NCBI GenBank assembly: GCA_019744845.1
Contig: JAIETW010000001.1
Location: forward strand, 80,299-144,298
Direction of reading: 5' to 3'
From: Patescibacteria group bacterium
GTDB taxonomy: Bacteria > Patescibacteriota > Minisyncoccia > Phycocordibacterales > Phycocordibacteraceae
Length of the DNA: 64,000 bases
This document shows, piece by piece, positions 18,870 through 28,401 of this stretch (positions are counted from its first letter, which is position 1; every line of letters begins with the position of its first letter). The translations under genes were made by a program, and so were the position numbers. The notes under the pieces were generated by a model that had not been told where the DNA came from, did not search any database, and saw only the letters and a program-made list of their open reading frames with translations.

Positions 18870-21802
18870 ACCTCAAATTTCTTAAACGGCTTGGTATAGG
18901 CACGAGATAGCTCGCTGAGTGACCAGCTAAAGGATAAGTCGCCGACCGCCAAGGAGAGATTCTTCTCTTCAATGACTGTTCCGAGCTTCACGCGTGCAAG
19001 TCCTTTGGTTAGTTCTTCAAATTTCTTAGCTTTTGCCTTTGGCACGGTCACCAATATACGGCCCTGACTTTCTGAATAGAGTATTACGTGAGGAGCCTTC
19101 TTTGGAAGAGAGAGTGACATGCCTCGTCCTCCCGCGATACACATCTTGGCTGCAGCAACGGCAAGTCCACCGCGAGAAAGGCCAAGAGCCGCAGATACAA
19201 GACGTGCATCCACTGCTTTCTCAAGTGCACGGTAGGTTTTAAGATTCTCGGTAAGATCCACCTGAGGAACGTCTCCTGCTTCATGGAGACCAAGAAGACG
19301 AGCGTATTCACTTCCTCCAAACTCTTCTTCGGTGTCGCCAAGGAGATAGACCACGTCACCGGCATGATTCACATCCATGGTGACGGTTTTCTTTACATCT
19401 TTCATAACGCCAATTGCTGATACAAGAAGAGTTGGCATCGCAGAGATGTGAATTGGATTGCTCTTGTCATCATATCCACGGAAATCATTGAACATACTGT
19501 CCTTACCTGAGATATATGGCGTCCCATACGCAACCGCAGTGTCGTAACAGGCTTCTGCCGCACGACGAAGCTGATACAAACGCTTTGAATCAAGACTTGA
19601 AGACCAGCAGAAGTTATCAAGAATGGCGAGATGCGACAGCGACGCACCTGATGCAACCGCGTTACGCACTGCCGTATCAATAGATGCAGCCGCCATCGCA
19701 TAGGCATCATGCTCGCTGTAGGACGGTGCGTATCCATGAGAGAGCACAATTGCTTTGTTGCTGTCTGGAACTGGCTTGAGTACTGCGGCATCCGCATTCA
19801 CTCCTCCAGGACCCTGAAGTGGCTTAGTGACTGACGTTCCCTGCACCTCGTGATCGTACTGACGAGAGATAAAGGCATAGCTTCCAATATTCGGGCTCGC
19901 AAGAAGTGTCGGAAGCATGTGCTGCACATCTTTCGCAGGTACTGGAGCACGTTCTATCTTTTCTACCTCCTTGCTCTCCTGCTGACGCTTCGGGCGTCCA
20001 TCGTGTAGGAACTCAAGACCGATATCCATCACCTTCTTTGTGCCATAGGTGACCACGCAGGAGCCTGACTGAGTGAACTCACCAATCACCGTTGCTTCTA
20101 CCCCGTGCTTATCAAAGAGAGCCTTCATTTTCTTCCAACTCTTCTTAGGAACAGAAAGCGTCATACGCTCTTGGGACTCAGAGATCCAGATCTGCCATGG
20201 AGAAAGTCCTGGGTATTTGAGCGGCACCTTTGCAAGATCCACCACACATCCACCTGACTGTTCTGCCATTTCGCCCACACTTGAGGAAAGACCTCCTGCC
20301 CCATTGTCAGTAATACTGTTGTAGAGACCTGCGTCACGCACTTCACGAATAAGCGCATCTGAGAAACGCTTCTGAGTAATAGGGTCTCCAATCTGAACTG
20401 CCGTTGCAGGACTTCCGGATTTCAAATCTTCTGAAGAAAACGTGGCGCCATGAATACCATCAAGTCCCACACGCCCACCAATCATGACGATGTAATCTCC
20501 CGCTTTTGCCTTTTTGGTGTAAAGAGGACGCGCTCCTTTCTTTTTCGGCACAAGACCTACCGTACCGGCAAACACGAGCGGCTTTCCCCGATAGCTGTCA
20601 TCTGTGTATACAAATCCAAGCGGTGTCGGAATACCACTTTGGTTTCCTCCTGCGTTAATACCACGCACCACTCCTTCAAGAATCCTACGAGGAGGAAGGA
20701 GCTCTGCGGTCTTTTCCTTATTGCGATAGAGGGTACGCTTTTCATCGGGACGTCCTACACAAAAGCCGTAGAGGTTCGCAATAGGTTTTGCGCCAAGACC
20801 AAACCCAAGCGTGTCGCGGTTCACGCCGACGATACCAGTCATAGCACCTCCATAGGGATCAAGTGCAGAAGGAGAGTTATGCGTCTCCATCTTATGCGTC
20901 ACCACATACTTCTCATCGAACTCTATACCTCCAGAGTTGTCTTTAAATACGGAAACGCAGAAATCTTTCTTACCCTTAGCCTTGCGAATACGCTCGGTCG
21001 CGCCCTTAATGTAGCGACGATAGATACCTTCCGATATCTCATCAAGAGGATCATTGAAAATAGTGTGCTTGCAGTGCTCGGACCAGGTCTGTGCGATTGC
21101 CTCAAGTTCTACATCCGTCGGATTGCGACCGAGAGAGTCAAAATAGGCCCGAATCGCAACCAGCTCAGGAATAGAAAGTGCGAGTGGACCACGACGAACT
21201 CCATCACTTCCAAGAATGCCCTCCTTACCAATACGAACGAGCTCATCATCAGACACGTGAAGATCTACGATATCTGCCTTAGAGGATGCAGTAAGGGTAA
21301 CCTTTGGAACCCGTAGTGGTACATGGCCTCGCTTCCATGCCCATGCGGGAATAATCTTCGCTTCTTCAATAAGCGGGTTATGGAGCTCAAGCGACATTCG
21401 CTTCGCTTCCTCCTCGGTCACTGTCCCAGAAAGAAAGATAAATACAGAGGAATAGACCGCTTCTGAGGCCTTAAACTTCTTTCCAATGGCATCCTCTACC
21501 ATTTGGCGAACCGTATTTCCGACGTTGTCAGTCACTCCTGGTAAGAACCCGATCTCAAGCGCCATGCCAAATTCTTTTGGCGCAATGACCGAAACAAAAG
21601 AACTCCGTTCAATGACGGGGTTCGTGAGTGCAGAAGCTACTTTCTTCTGATCAAGCGCAGAAAGAGTTTTGTCTATCGTGTACGCGTTCGTGACAGACAC
21701 CTCGCGTATGCGCGCCTTAGGGAATCGCTCCGAGAGCATCTCCCGAATATGTGCAGCCCGTGCGCGGTCTGCGACGGACTCTACAGTGATGCGATGCGCC
21801 AT
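18866..21802 (-). CDS. purL: FGAM synthase synthetase subunit with N-terminal PurS-like domains
   Basis: QTWSEHCKH, ETHNSPS, DGIHGATFSS, DNGAGG, SESQERM, SGKDS; LTNPVIE / PGVTD / NPLIE at the N-terminus. Confidence 0.96.
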   Translation of the reverse strand: MAHRITVESVADRARAAHIREMLSERFPKARIREVSVTNAYTIDKTLSALDQKKVASALTNPVIERSSFVSVIAPKEFGMALEIGFLPGVTDNVGNTVRQMVEDAIGKKFKASEAVYSSVFIFLSGTVTEEEAKRMSLELHNPLIEEAKIIPAWAWKRGHVPLRVPKVTLTASSKADIVDLHVSDDELVRIGKEGILGSDGVRRGPLALSIPELVAIRAYFDSLGRNPTDVELEAIAQTWSEHCKHTIFNDPLDEISEGIYRRYIKGATERIRKAKGKKDFCVSVFKDNSGGIEFDEKYVVTHKMETHNSPSALDPYGGAMTGIVGVNRDTLGFGLGAKPIANLYGFCVGRPDEKRTLYRNKEKTAELLPPRRILEGVVRGINAGGNQSGIPTPLGFVYTDDSYRGKPLVFAGTVGLVPKKKGARPLYTKKAKAGDYIVMIGGRVGLDGIHGATFSSEDLKSGSPATAVQIGDPITQKRFSDALIREVRDAGLYNSITDNGAGGLSSSVGEMAEQSGGCVVDLAKVPLKYPGLSPWQIWISESQERMTLSVPKKSWKKMKALFDKHGVEATVIGEFTQSGSCVVTYGTKKVMDIGLEFLHDGRPKRQQESKEVEKIERAPVPAKDVQHMLPTLLASPNIGSYAFISRQYDHEVQGTSVTKPLQGPGGVNADAAVLKPVPDSNKAIVLSHGYAPSYSEHDAYAMAAASIDTAVRNAVASGASLSHLAILDNFCWSSSLDSKRLYQLRRAAEACYDTAVAYGTPYISGKDSMFNDFRGYDDKSNPIHISAMPTLLVSAIGVMKDVKKTVTMDVNHAGDVVYLLGDTEEEFGGSEYARLLGLHEAGDVPQVDLTENLKTYRALEKAVDARLVSAALGLSRGGLAVAAAKMCIAGGRGMSLSLPKKAPHVILYSESQGRILVTVPKAKAKKFEELTKGLARVKLGTVIEEKNLSLAVGDLSFSWSLSELSRAYTKPFKKFEV

Positions 21803-21861
21803 GCGTATACCGCTATTGCTAAGCCTTACTATACCCCAAACGCTTCTCTATGAAAAGTCTT

Positions 21862-22860
21862 CTAATCCAGGTAAAGAGCCCTATTTCGCTTATGCTCTTC
21901 AAAGGTCCTGGCGTATCTCATTTCCCCATCCTGTCCCGTGAGGTAATAGAGGTACTCAGTCTCCGTAGGAGTAATCGCGGCCTCAATAGATTCAAGGCCG
22001 GGGTTTGCAATCGGACCAGGTGGGAGCCCCCGATAGAGGTACGTGTTGTACGGAGAATCAATTTCCAGGTCATCAAAAGAAGGGCTGTAGGTCGGACGGT
22101 CGTTTATGTATCCAAACACCGCATCTACCTGAAGTGGCATACCAATCTCTAGACGATGCCAGAGAATCCCGGCGATCATTTGTTTCTCTTCCAAATACCG
22201 TGCCTCACGTTCAAGGAGAGAAGCCATGGTGAGCACCTCACGAAGGGGACGGTCAAACGCTACCAATTCCTCCTCAAGCGATTCTGTTTTTCCAACAAAA
22301 TTGTTGTAGAGCCGCTCCAATATCTCATCGGGTTCTTCATCGGGAAGAAGAAGATACGTATCGGGGAAAAGATACCCTTCAAGCGCGCGAGCTTTTTGAT
22401 CAAACGCGACATGATCAAAGTTTTCTATCTTTTCTGCAAGCTGGTTCCCTATCTCTCGCGCAGTGGCCCCCTCCTCTATGCGTAGTCGAATCAGAGGAAT
22501 TCCGGAAACACCTCGCGCAAGACGGTCTGCAATGGTAATCAGACCGTACCGCTCGTTAAATGCATATGGGCCAGCCTGAACTGCGTTTTCTCTCCCTGTG
22601 AGGCGCATAAAAGCAATAAATGGGAGCTCATCACTAATAATGCGCTCGGCGGTCAGAAGTTCCGCCACATCTCGAAGCGTCATGCTCTCCTCAATGGTAA
22701 CGACTTTCTCTGTAGGAAAGCCTGCAGGTGGCAAAAAGAGAAAGTACCAGAGCACTGCCAGAGCAATGACGACCGCAAGTCCAAGCGGCATATACACCGG
22801 ACGCATGCGTGCACAGTGTAATTCAGTCGCTGCACACAGATACTCAATGAAAGAGCGCAT
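21862..22860 (-). CDS. mltG: Endolytic transglycosylase MltG
   Basis: TM helix, LEGYLFPDTY, ASLLEREA, SPYNTY..GLPPGPIANPG. Confidence 0.95.
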   Translation of the reverse strand: MRSFIEYLCAATELHCARMRPVYMPLGLAVVIALAVLWYFLFLPPAGFPTEKVVTIEESMTLRDVAELLTAERIISDELPFIAFMRLTGRENAVQAGPYAFNERYGLITIADRLARGVSGIPLIRLRIEEGATAREIGNQLAEKIENFDHVAFDQKARALEGYLFPDTYLLLPDEEPDEILERLYNNFVGKTESLEEELVAFDRPLREVLTMASLLEREARYLEEKQMIAGILWHRLEIGMPLQVDAVFGYINDRPTYSPSFDDLEIDSPYNTYLYRGLPPGPIANPGLESIEAAITPTETEYLYYLTGQDGEMRYARTFEEHKRNRALYLD

Positions 22861-22863
22861 AGA

Positions 22864-24219
22864 CTACACTGGCAAGTTGGTTGGTGGCTTCGCAGACGTG
22901 CTTTGAATCCGCTCAAGGCCGGGTGTTTGCACGTGCCTCGTTGGGATATGGAAAATAGTGGCAAGTTCCTCGGTGCTCATGACAAGCCATGGGCCCTTGT
23001 AGGGAGGATGAAAGTACGCGCGACGGCGGTAGAATTCCACCACCTCATGCATTTCCCGAGCCTGACGTTTGCCACCAATGTCTTCCCAAGGATAGTCGTT
23101 AAACTTCTCTGACCACAACGGCGCTGGGACAAGCCCATTAAACATCTCAGAGTTATAGACTTTCATAAGCTGCACGGCCATACCGGCCATCATGCCTACG
23201 TACTTGTCAGGACGTGCAAAGTAGATACTCCGAATGCCGACGTCGTAGGTAAGTTTACCCACGTTACGTTCAATGGCCTCCATCTGCATGAGCATACCGG
23301 GGCTTGCAATTGGGAACTGCGCATGACCTCCGTGCCCATACTCAATAGACTGTGCACGGAGCTTATCTATGAGCTGCTTAGCCTGTGTCTTTATGTCTGG
23401 CTTTCCTTGTTGCGTATCATGACGAGTCGCACGACACACAATCTGGAACCAGTAGTGTTCATCCTTTCCAAGTGCACCCAAGAGCTCAATCACGTTTGCA
23501 AAGGGATCTACAAAATGACCTTCCTTAAGATCATTCCGATCAAGGCCATACTGCACATAGGTCTTAATAGGATACGGAGAGGGCTTGGTGAACGTGTATT
23601 CACAGGCAAACATGCTCCAGTTTCCATGACTTGGGTTAATCAAACGGCTATAGTCCTCTGCCTCAATGATCTCAATATTTGGATACTGCGCATACAAGAA
23701 GCTCTCGGTTGCGCGGCGAATGCGCTCCCGGGTCCATACATAGAAACGAATCTTCCCTTCTGCAGAACAGACTTCAAAAGACCACCAGTCACGCGTACGG
23801 CCGAAGACATGACGCTTGTACCAGGTTCCCTGTCCCGCAGGGATGTGAAGTGAGTGGAAGAATGCCTCCATAGCGGCAGGGGTGCGGATGTTGTCATGAG
23901 GAATCCGAATCTCAAGCAGTACCCATTTATGCTCGGCACTCCAATCGGTACGACGCCATTTCACAAAGGAGAAAATAGCCCAGCGTACAATCAAAAACGT
24001 AAGCCATACCGGCGCTAAAAAGAACAGGAACTCAAAGTTGAGCATCGTCTGAATGGGCGCAATGGCGAAGAATCCAAAAATAAGGATCGCAAACGCCCAC
24101 ATGAGTCCCCATCCAGGGATGTACACGCCAGCTCCTTCGTTCGTTTGTTCAACGAAGTGCTCTATTGAATGAAGAAATGGAAGTTTTCCATCTCCACCAC
24201 CATGACCAGCGTCTGACAT
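22864..24219 (-). CDS. Membrane protein homologous to the N-terminal domain of the 58783-61527 ATPase
   Basis: Two TM helices then LEIRIP, SFEV, IRFYV, AQYP, DY, PIKTY, DP, EELATIFHIP; the motif order is shared with the ATPase. Confidence 0.7.
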   Translation of the reverse strand: MSDAGHGGGDGKLPFLHSIEHFVEQTNEGAGVYIPGWGLMWAFAILIFGFFAIAPIQTMLNFEFLFFLAPVWLTFLIVRWAIFSFVKWRRTDWSAEHKWVLLEIRIPHDNIRTPAAMEAFFHSLHIPAGQGTWYKRHVFGRTRDWWSFEVCSAEGKIRFYVWTRERIRRATESFLYAQYPNIEIIEAEDYSRLINPSHGNWSMFACEYTFTKPSPYPIKTYVQYGLDRNDLKEGHFVDPFANVIELLGALGKDEHYWFQIVCRATRHDTQQGKPDIKTQAKQLIDKLRAQSIEYGHGGHAQFPIASPGMLMQMEAIERNVGKLTYDVGIRSIYFARPDKYVGMMAGMAVQLMKVYNSEMFNGLVPAPLWSEKFNDYPWEDIGGKRQAREMHEVVEFYRRRAYFHPPYKGPWLVMSTEELATIFHIPTRHVQTPGLERIQSTSAKPPTNLPV

Positions 24220-24233
24220 ACGGGAAGTATATC

Positions 24234-24259
24234 AAGAAAAACCGCCCTGTACGGACGGT
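24234..24259 (-). terminator. Intrinsic terminator after the sigma4/HARE-HTH gene
   Basis: Minus strand ACCGUCC/GGGCGGU stem followed by UUUUCUU. Confidence 0.65.
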
Positions 24260-24271
24260 GGGTGTGAAGTG

Positions 24272-25348
24272 TTAGGCGAGACCGTAGGTTCCGTCCTTCT
24301 GACGCTTGAAATATCGAGTGTCATTAAGGTTTACCAAGATCGTATTGTCCTTCACATAACGCTTTCGCTTCACTTCAGAGAGCACTTCATCGCGCGTCAG
24401 TGGTTTCTTCTTTAGAATATCGCGAATCACGTCGCGTACCACTCCAGGTGCAAAGCCCCACTCCGCAAGTGCGTAGAGTCCACGCCCCACAAGCACGAAG
24501 CGTGAGTCTTTCATAAGCTCATTATGAGTGGTTGCCACATGTGCCTTCTTTGAGAAGAGTTCAGTGATTGCGTTGGCGACGTCCTTAAAGTGCATGGGTG
24601 CATTCTCGCGCTTAATGACGAGATAGGCATAATCACGAATACCCTTGGTACGAACTGCGGGTGCGTGTGCACGACCCCATTCTGAAAGCGGGTTCTTATC
24701 AATGGTCTTTGAGAGAGACAACCAGCGCTTCAGCACCTCTTCGTTGTGGTATGCGGTGTTCACATCCTTAAGCTCTTCAATAAAGCGTGTGAAGAGTTCA
24801 GCTTCTGATACCACCTCCTCATCAGACAGAGTGGCATAGAGACGAGAGAGTGCCTGGTGCACCTTCTCCGCAGTTTTATGATCTACGTGCCAACGTGCAT
24901 AGAAATGATCGGTCTCACGTTCACGGAAAAAAGCACTTCCGACCACCAAAAGGAAGCGGAATGCGTTACGGGTCTTCTCATCTCCTGCAAGTTCATTCAG
25001 AAGATGGTCCTCGGGGACAATGGCACCGAGTGATTCTACGTATGAAGAAAGCTCGCTAAAGGATCCTTCTGCTTCCTTAAAGGCGCGAGAAGAACGGATC
25101 GCCTCAATACCAGAGGCCTCAATCTGACGCACGCGTTCACGAGTGATATTCCAGCGCTCACCAATGGATTCCAGTGTCTCACGAGTATTTTTGGTGCCAA
25201 GACCAAAACGAAGTGTAAGGACTTCGCGTCCGCGCTCAGAAATCCCAGCAAGAAGAGTCTTTGCAAGCGAAAGCGCGTCAAAGGAGAAGGACGCGGTAGC
25301 AGCCACTTTGGCGCGAGGTTTCTTAGGAGTTCGAGCTGTCTTAGCCAT
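24272..25348 (-). CDS. Sigma70 region-4 HTH + HARE-HTH (RNAP delta-like) domain protein
   Basis: RGREVLTLRFGL..ETLESIG..WNITRERVRQIE; PMHFKDV...HNELMKDSRFVLVGRGLYALAEWG. Confidence 0.8.
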   Translation of the reverse strand: MAKTARTPKKPRAKVAATASFSFDALSLAKTLLAGISERGREVLTLRFGLGTKNTRETLESIGERWNITRERVRQIEASGIEAIRSSRAFKEAEGSFSELSSYVESLGAIVPEDHLLNELAGDEKTRNAFRFLLVVGSAFFRERETDHFYARWHVDHKTAEKVHQALSRLYATLSDEEVVSEAELFTRFIEELKDVNTAYHNEEVLKRWLSLSKTIDKNPLSEWGRAHAPAVRTKGIRDYAYLVIKRENAPMHFKDVANAITELFSKKAHVATTHNELMKDSRFVLVGRGLYALAEWGFAPGVVRDVIRDILKKKPLTRDEVLSEVKRKRYVKDNTILVNLNDTRYFKRQKDGTYGLA

Positions 25349-25402
25349 AATTCGTGTTCTAATTTATACCACGAAGGTTGCAGGAGCGCAAGTTTTAGGC
25401 TC

Positions 25403-27811
25403 CTAGGCGACTAGGTTAAGAATCTTCCCGGGGACGTAAATGGTGCGAGAAGGGGCTTTACCATCGAGCGCGATCGCTACTGCCGCTATATCCTTCGCCG
25501 CACGAAAGGCCTCTTCCTCTGAGGCGTCCTTAGCGAGGGTTACCTCCCCTCTTTTCTTCCCATTTACCTGCACAATCACTGTTGCCGTCTCTTCCACAAG
25601 GAGATCTTGATCTGGAATCGGCCATCCTGCCTGATGTACGCTTCCTTCTCCATCATAAAGGTGTTCAGCAAGGTGCGGAGCAAATGGTGCAAGGAGGCGA
25701 AGGAACTCCTGGTACTGTGTTGGCGGAACTGACTCACAGGACTCAAGCGCTTTTAGCGCAGTCATGAGGGCAGAGATAGCGGTGTTGAATTTGAAGCGTT
25801 CCGTATCCTCTGCAACTTTCTGCATTACCTTCGCAAGCACCCGGAGTACCTCTTCCGGCATCGCGTCCCCTCCTATCTTCTCGGAAAGTGCATACACACG
25901 ATCAAGGAACCGTCGCATTGCCTGCACACCGTCTAGTTTCCATGGATAGTGCCCAGGCTCGTTGTAGGGCCCAATGAAGGCGAGGTACATACGAACGGCG
26001 TCAGCCCCATATTTCCCGACAAACTCATCAGGATTCACTACATTGCCTTTGGACTTCGACATCTTTGCGCCATCAGGACCAAGAATGATGCCCCTATTGA
26101 ATCGTTCATTAAAAGGTTCTGGAGTAGGCACGAGCGCAAGATCATAGAGCGCTTTATGGAAGAAGCGTGCGTAGAGAAGATGCATGGTGGTGTGCTCACT
26201 TCCCCCGGAGTAGCGATCTACCGGAAGCCATGCGTCCATGAGCGCACGATCTGAAAATATATTTTCATTCTTTGGATCTAGGTAACGGAGGTAGTACCAG
26301 GAAGAATCTACAAAGGTATCCAGCGTATCGTATTCAGGCGTCCATCCTTTACCGAAGATTCGCTCCACACGCTCATGCAGTTCTTTAGATGAGGCGAGTG
26401 GTGCCTTCCCTGTTGGATTGAAATCTACATCCTCAGGAAGAAGCCATGGAAGGTGTTCTTCGGGAATAAGATGCGCGTTCCCTTCCGGGTCATACACCAC
26501 TGGAATTGGACATCCCCAGTATCGCTGACGAGAGACAAGCCAATCACGTATGCGGAAGTTCGTGGTCTTCTCACCACCGACGGCTTCGGTAATTGTAGAC
26601 TTCGCCTCCTCATTATCTATTCCCGTAAAGGGTCCCGAGTTCACGAGTGCACCATTCTCGGTGTAACACTCTCCCTCCTTTCCTCCTTCTATGACGACGG
26701 TCATAGGAAGCTCATAGCGCTTTGCAAACTCAAAGTCGCGCTCATCATGTGCCGGCACTGCCATCACGGCACCCGTTCCATAGGAACCAAGTACATAGTC
26801 AGCAACAAAGACGGGGATTTCTTTCTTGGTCGCAGGATTAATGGCACGAATGCCCTTAAGCTCCACTCCCGTCTTCTCTTTGTTTTCCTGACGTTCACGC
26901 TCGGTCTTTTTAGATGCAGCATCTACGTATCGAAGGACTTCGTCCTTGTTCTCTACCGCATCGCTGTATTCCGTATCCCACACCGCCTTTGCCCAGGGGT
27001 GCTCAGGAGCAATCACGACATACGTAGCACCAAAGATGGTATCAGGTCGTGTCGTAAAGACGGTAATTTCGGCGCTCGTTTCTTCAGGATACTTGGTAAG
27101 TACCAGAGGGAATGAAAGTTTTGCGCCTTCACTCTTTCCAATCCATGCACGCTGCGCTTCCTTTATATCTTCACGCCATGGAAGGGGTTCAAGATCAGAG
27201 AGAAGACGATCTGCATATTCAGTAATCTTAAAGAACCACTGGGTGAGACGACGCTCTTCTACTTCAGTCCCACAACGCTCACAGGTACCATCTACCACCT
27301 GCTCATTCGCAAGTACTGTTGCGTCCTTCGGGCACCACTTCACTGGTGCTTCCTTTCGCTCTGCAAGGTTGTGTTCGTAGAGCTTCGTAAACAACCACTG
27401 GGTCCATTTGTAGTACTCAGGACTGCAAGTCACTACTTCCTTGCTCCAATCCACACTGGTACCGATACTCTTAATCTGTTCACGCATACGGTCCATGTTG
27501 GCGTAGGTCCACTCTTTGGGATCTTTCCCATGACGCATGGCAGCATTTTCCGCAGGAAGTCCAAACGCATCAAACCCTATCGGAAAGAGCACGTTCTTCC
27601 CCTTCATGCGAAGGAATCGTGCGTAGATGTCGGTAAGCGCATACGCATACCAGTGCCCGATATGGAGGTCTCCCGACGGATATGGGAACTCAAAGAGAAG
27701 ATAGTACGGATCCTTTGTGTTTGAGAGATTGGTCTCATGGAGACCAAGAGATTCCCAGCGCGCCTGCGCCTCTTTCTCTATAGATGCATGATCGAAGGAT
27801 GGTTTTGGCAT
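25403..27811 (-). CDS. leuS: Leucine--tRNA ligase
   Basis: FPYPSGDLHIGH, FTTRPDT, SRQRYWG, KMSKS. Confidence 0.98.
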   Translation of the reverse strand: MPKPSFDHASIEKEAQARWESLGLHETNLSNTKDPYYLLFEFPYPSGDLHIGHWYAYALTDIYARFLRMKGKNVLFPIGFDAFGLPAENAAMRHGKDPKEWTYANMDRMREQIKSIGTSVDWSKEVVTCSPEYYKWTQWLFTKLYEHNLAERKEAPVKWCPKDATVLANEQVVDGTCERCGTEVEERRLTQWFFKITEYADRLLSDLEPLPWREDIKEAQRAWIGKSEGAKLSFPLVLTKYPEETSAEITVFTTRPDTIFGATYVVIAPEHPWAKAVWDTEYSDAVENKDEVLRYVDAASKKTERERQENKEKTGVELKGIRAINPATKKEIPVFVADYVLGSYGTGAVMAVPAHDERDFEFAKRYELPMTVVIEGGKEGECYTENGALVNSGPFTGIDNEEAKSTITEAVGGEKTTNFRIRDWLVSRQRYWGCPIPVVYDPEGNAHLIPEEHLPWLLPEDVDFNPTGKAPLASSKELHERVERIFGKGWTPEYDTLDTFVDSSWYYLRYLDPKNENIFSDRALMDAWLPVDRYSGGSEHTTMHLLYARFFHKALYDLALVPTPEPFNERFNRGIILGPDGAKMSKSKGNVVNPDEFVGKYGADAVRMYLAFIGPYNEPGHYPWKLDGVQAMRRFLDRVYALSEKIGGDAMPEEVLRVLAKVMQKVAEDTERFKFNTAISALMTALKALESCESVPPTQYQEFLRLLAPFAPHLAEHLYDGEGSVHQAGWPIPDQDLLVEETATVIVQVNGKKRGEVTLAKDASEEEAFRAAKDIAAVAIALDGKAPSRTIYVPGKILNLVA

Positions 27812-27831
27812 ACCCGTGCGCCCGTTATTTG

Positions 27832-28365
27832 TTAATCCTTAAAGCGACGTACACCGATGTAGAGAAGCACACCGAGTGCAATGACTGACATTGCAAGGCG
27901 AAGGATGTTACCCGCCTGATCCCAGTAGCCGAAGGCAGCAAAGATAAGCGCGAGCACTCCTCCGTACGATAGACCCGTCGATACAATAGATGAGCCCATT
28001 GGAATTACCCCCGCAATTAAGGAAAGAATGCCAAGACCGATCATAAATACGAAGGCATACATTTGGTAGTCTTCCATTGCGTCCTCATAGAGCGGCTGAC
28101 ACTTCTGATAGAGGTCACAGTATCCTTCAGGGCTTGGCTTCACGACTGCAGTGACCTGTGCATTCTCTGGCGTTGGAACCCACACTCCATCCTGCTTCAC
28201 ACAAGCCTCCTCAGTTGCTGCCGGCTGCACGGTCGTTGGGCAGTATTCATCGTACACAGGCTCTGGAAGCACCATTGCACGAGCCGCAAAGAAGAAGAGG
28301 TTAACGGCAATGACGATACCGAGCATCACTGCCCAGCGCACAAACTTAGGATGTGTCGTATTCAT
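27832..28365 (-). CDS. Hypothetical membrane protein (4 TM, Cys-containing loop)
   Basis: Hydrophobic segments and an extracytoplasmic loop with four Cys. Confidence 0.7.
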   Translation of the reverse strand: MNTTHPKFVRWAVMLGIVIAVNLFFFAARAMVLPEPVYDEYCPTTVQPAATEEACVKQDGVWVPTPENAQVTAVVKPSPEGYCDLYQKCQPLYEDAMEDYQMYAFVFMIGLGILSLIAGVIPMGSSIVSTGLSYGGVLALIFAAFGYWDQAGNILRLAMSVIALGVLLYIGVRRFKD

Positions 28366-28401
28366 ACTAGAGAGAGTATCACAAAGCCACGAAGGCCTCT
28401 A

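Noticed and set aside
20450-21316. Long plus-strand ORFs antisense to known genes (also 26453-27115, 45264-45929, 50479-51294)
   Set aside because: Shadow ORFs of well-supported minus-strand genes, with no recognisable motifs.
21803-21861. Purine riboswitch upstream of purL
   Set aside because: The gap is only 59 nt, includes a -10, and shows no aptamer consensus.
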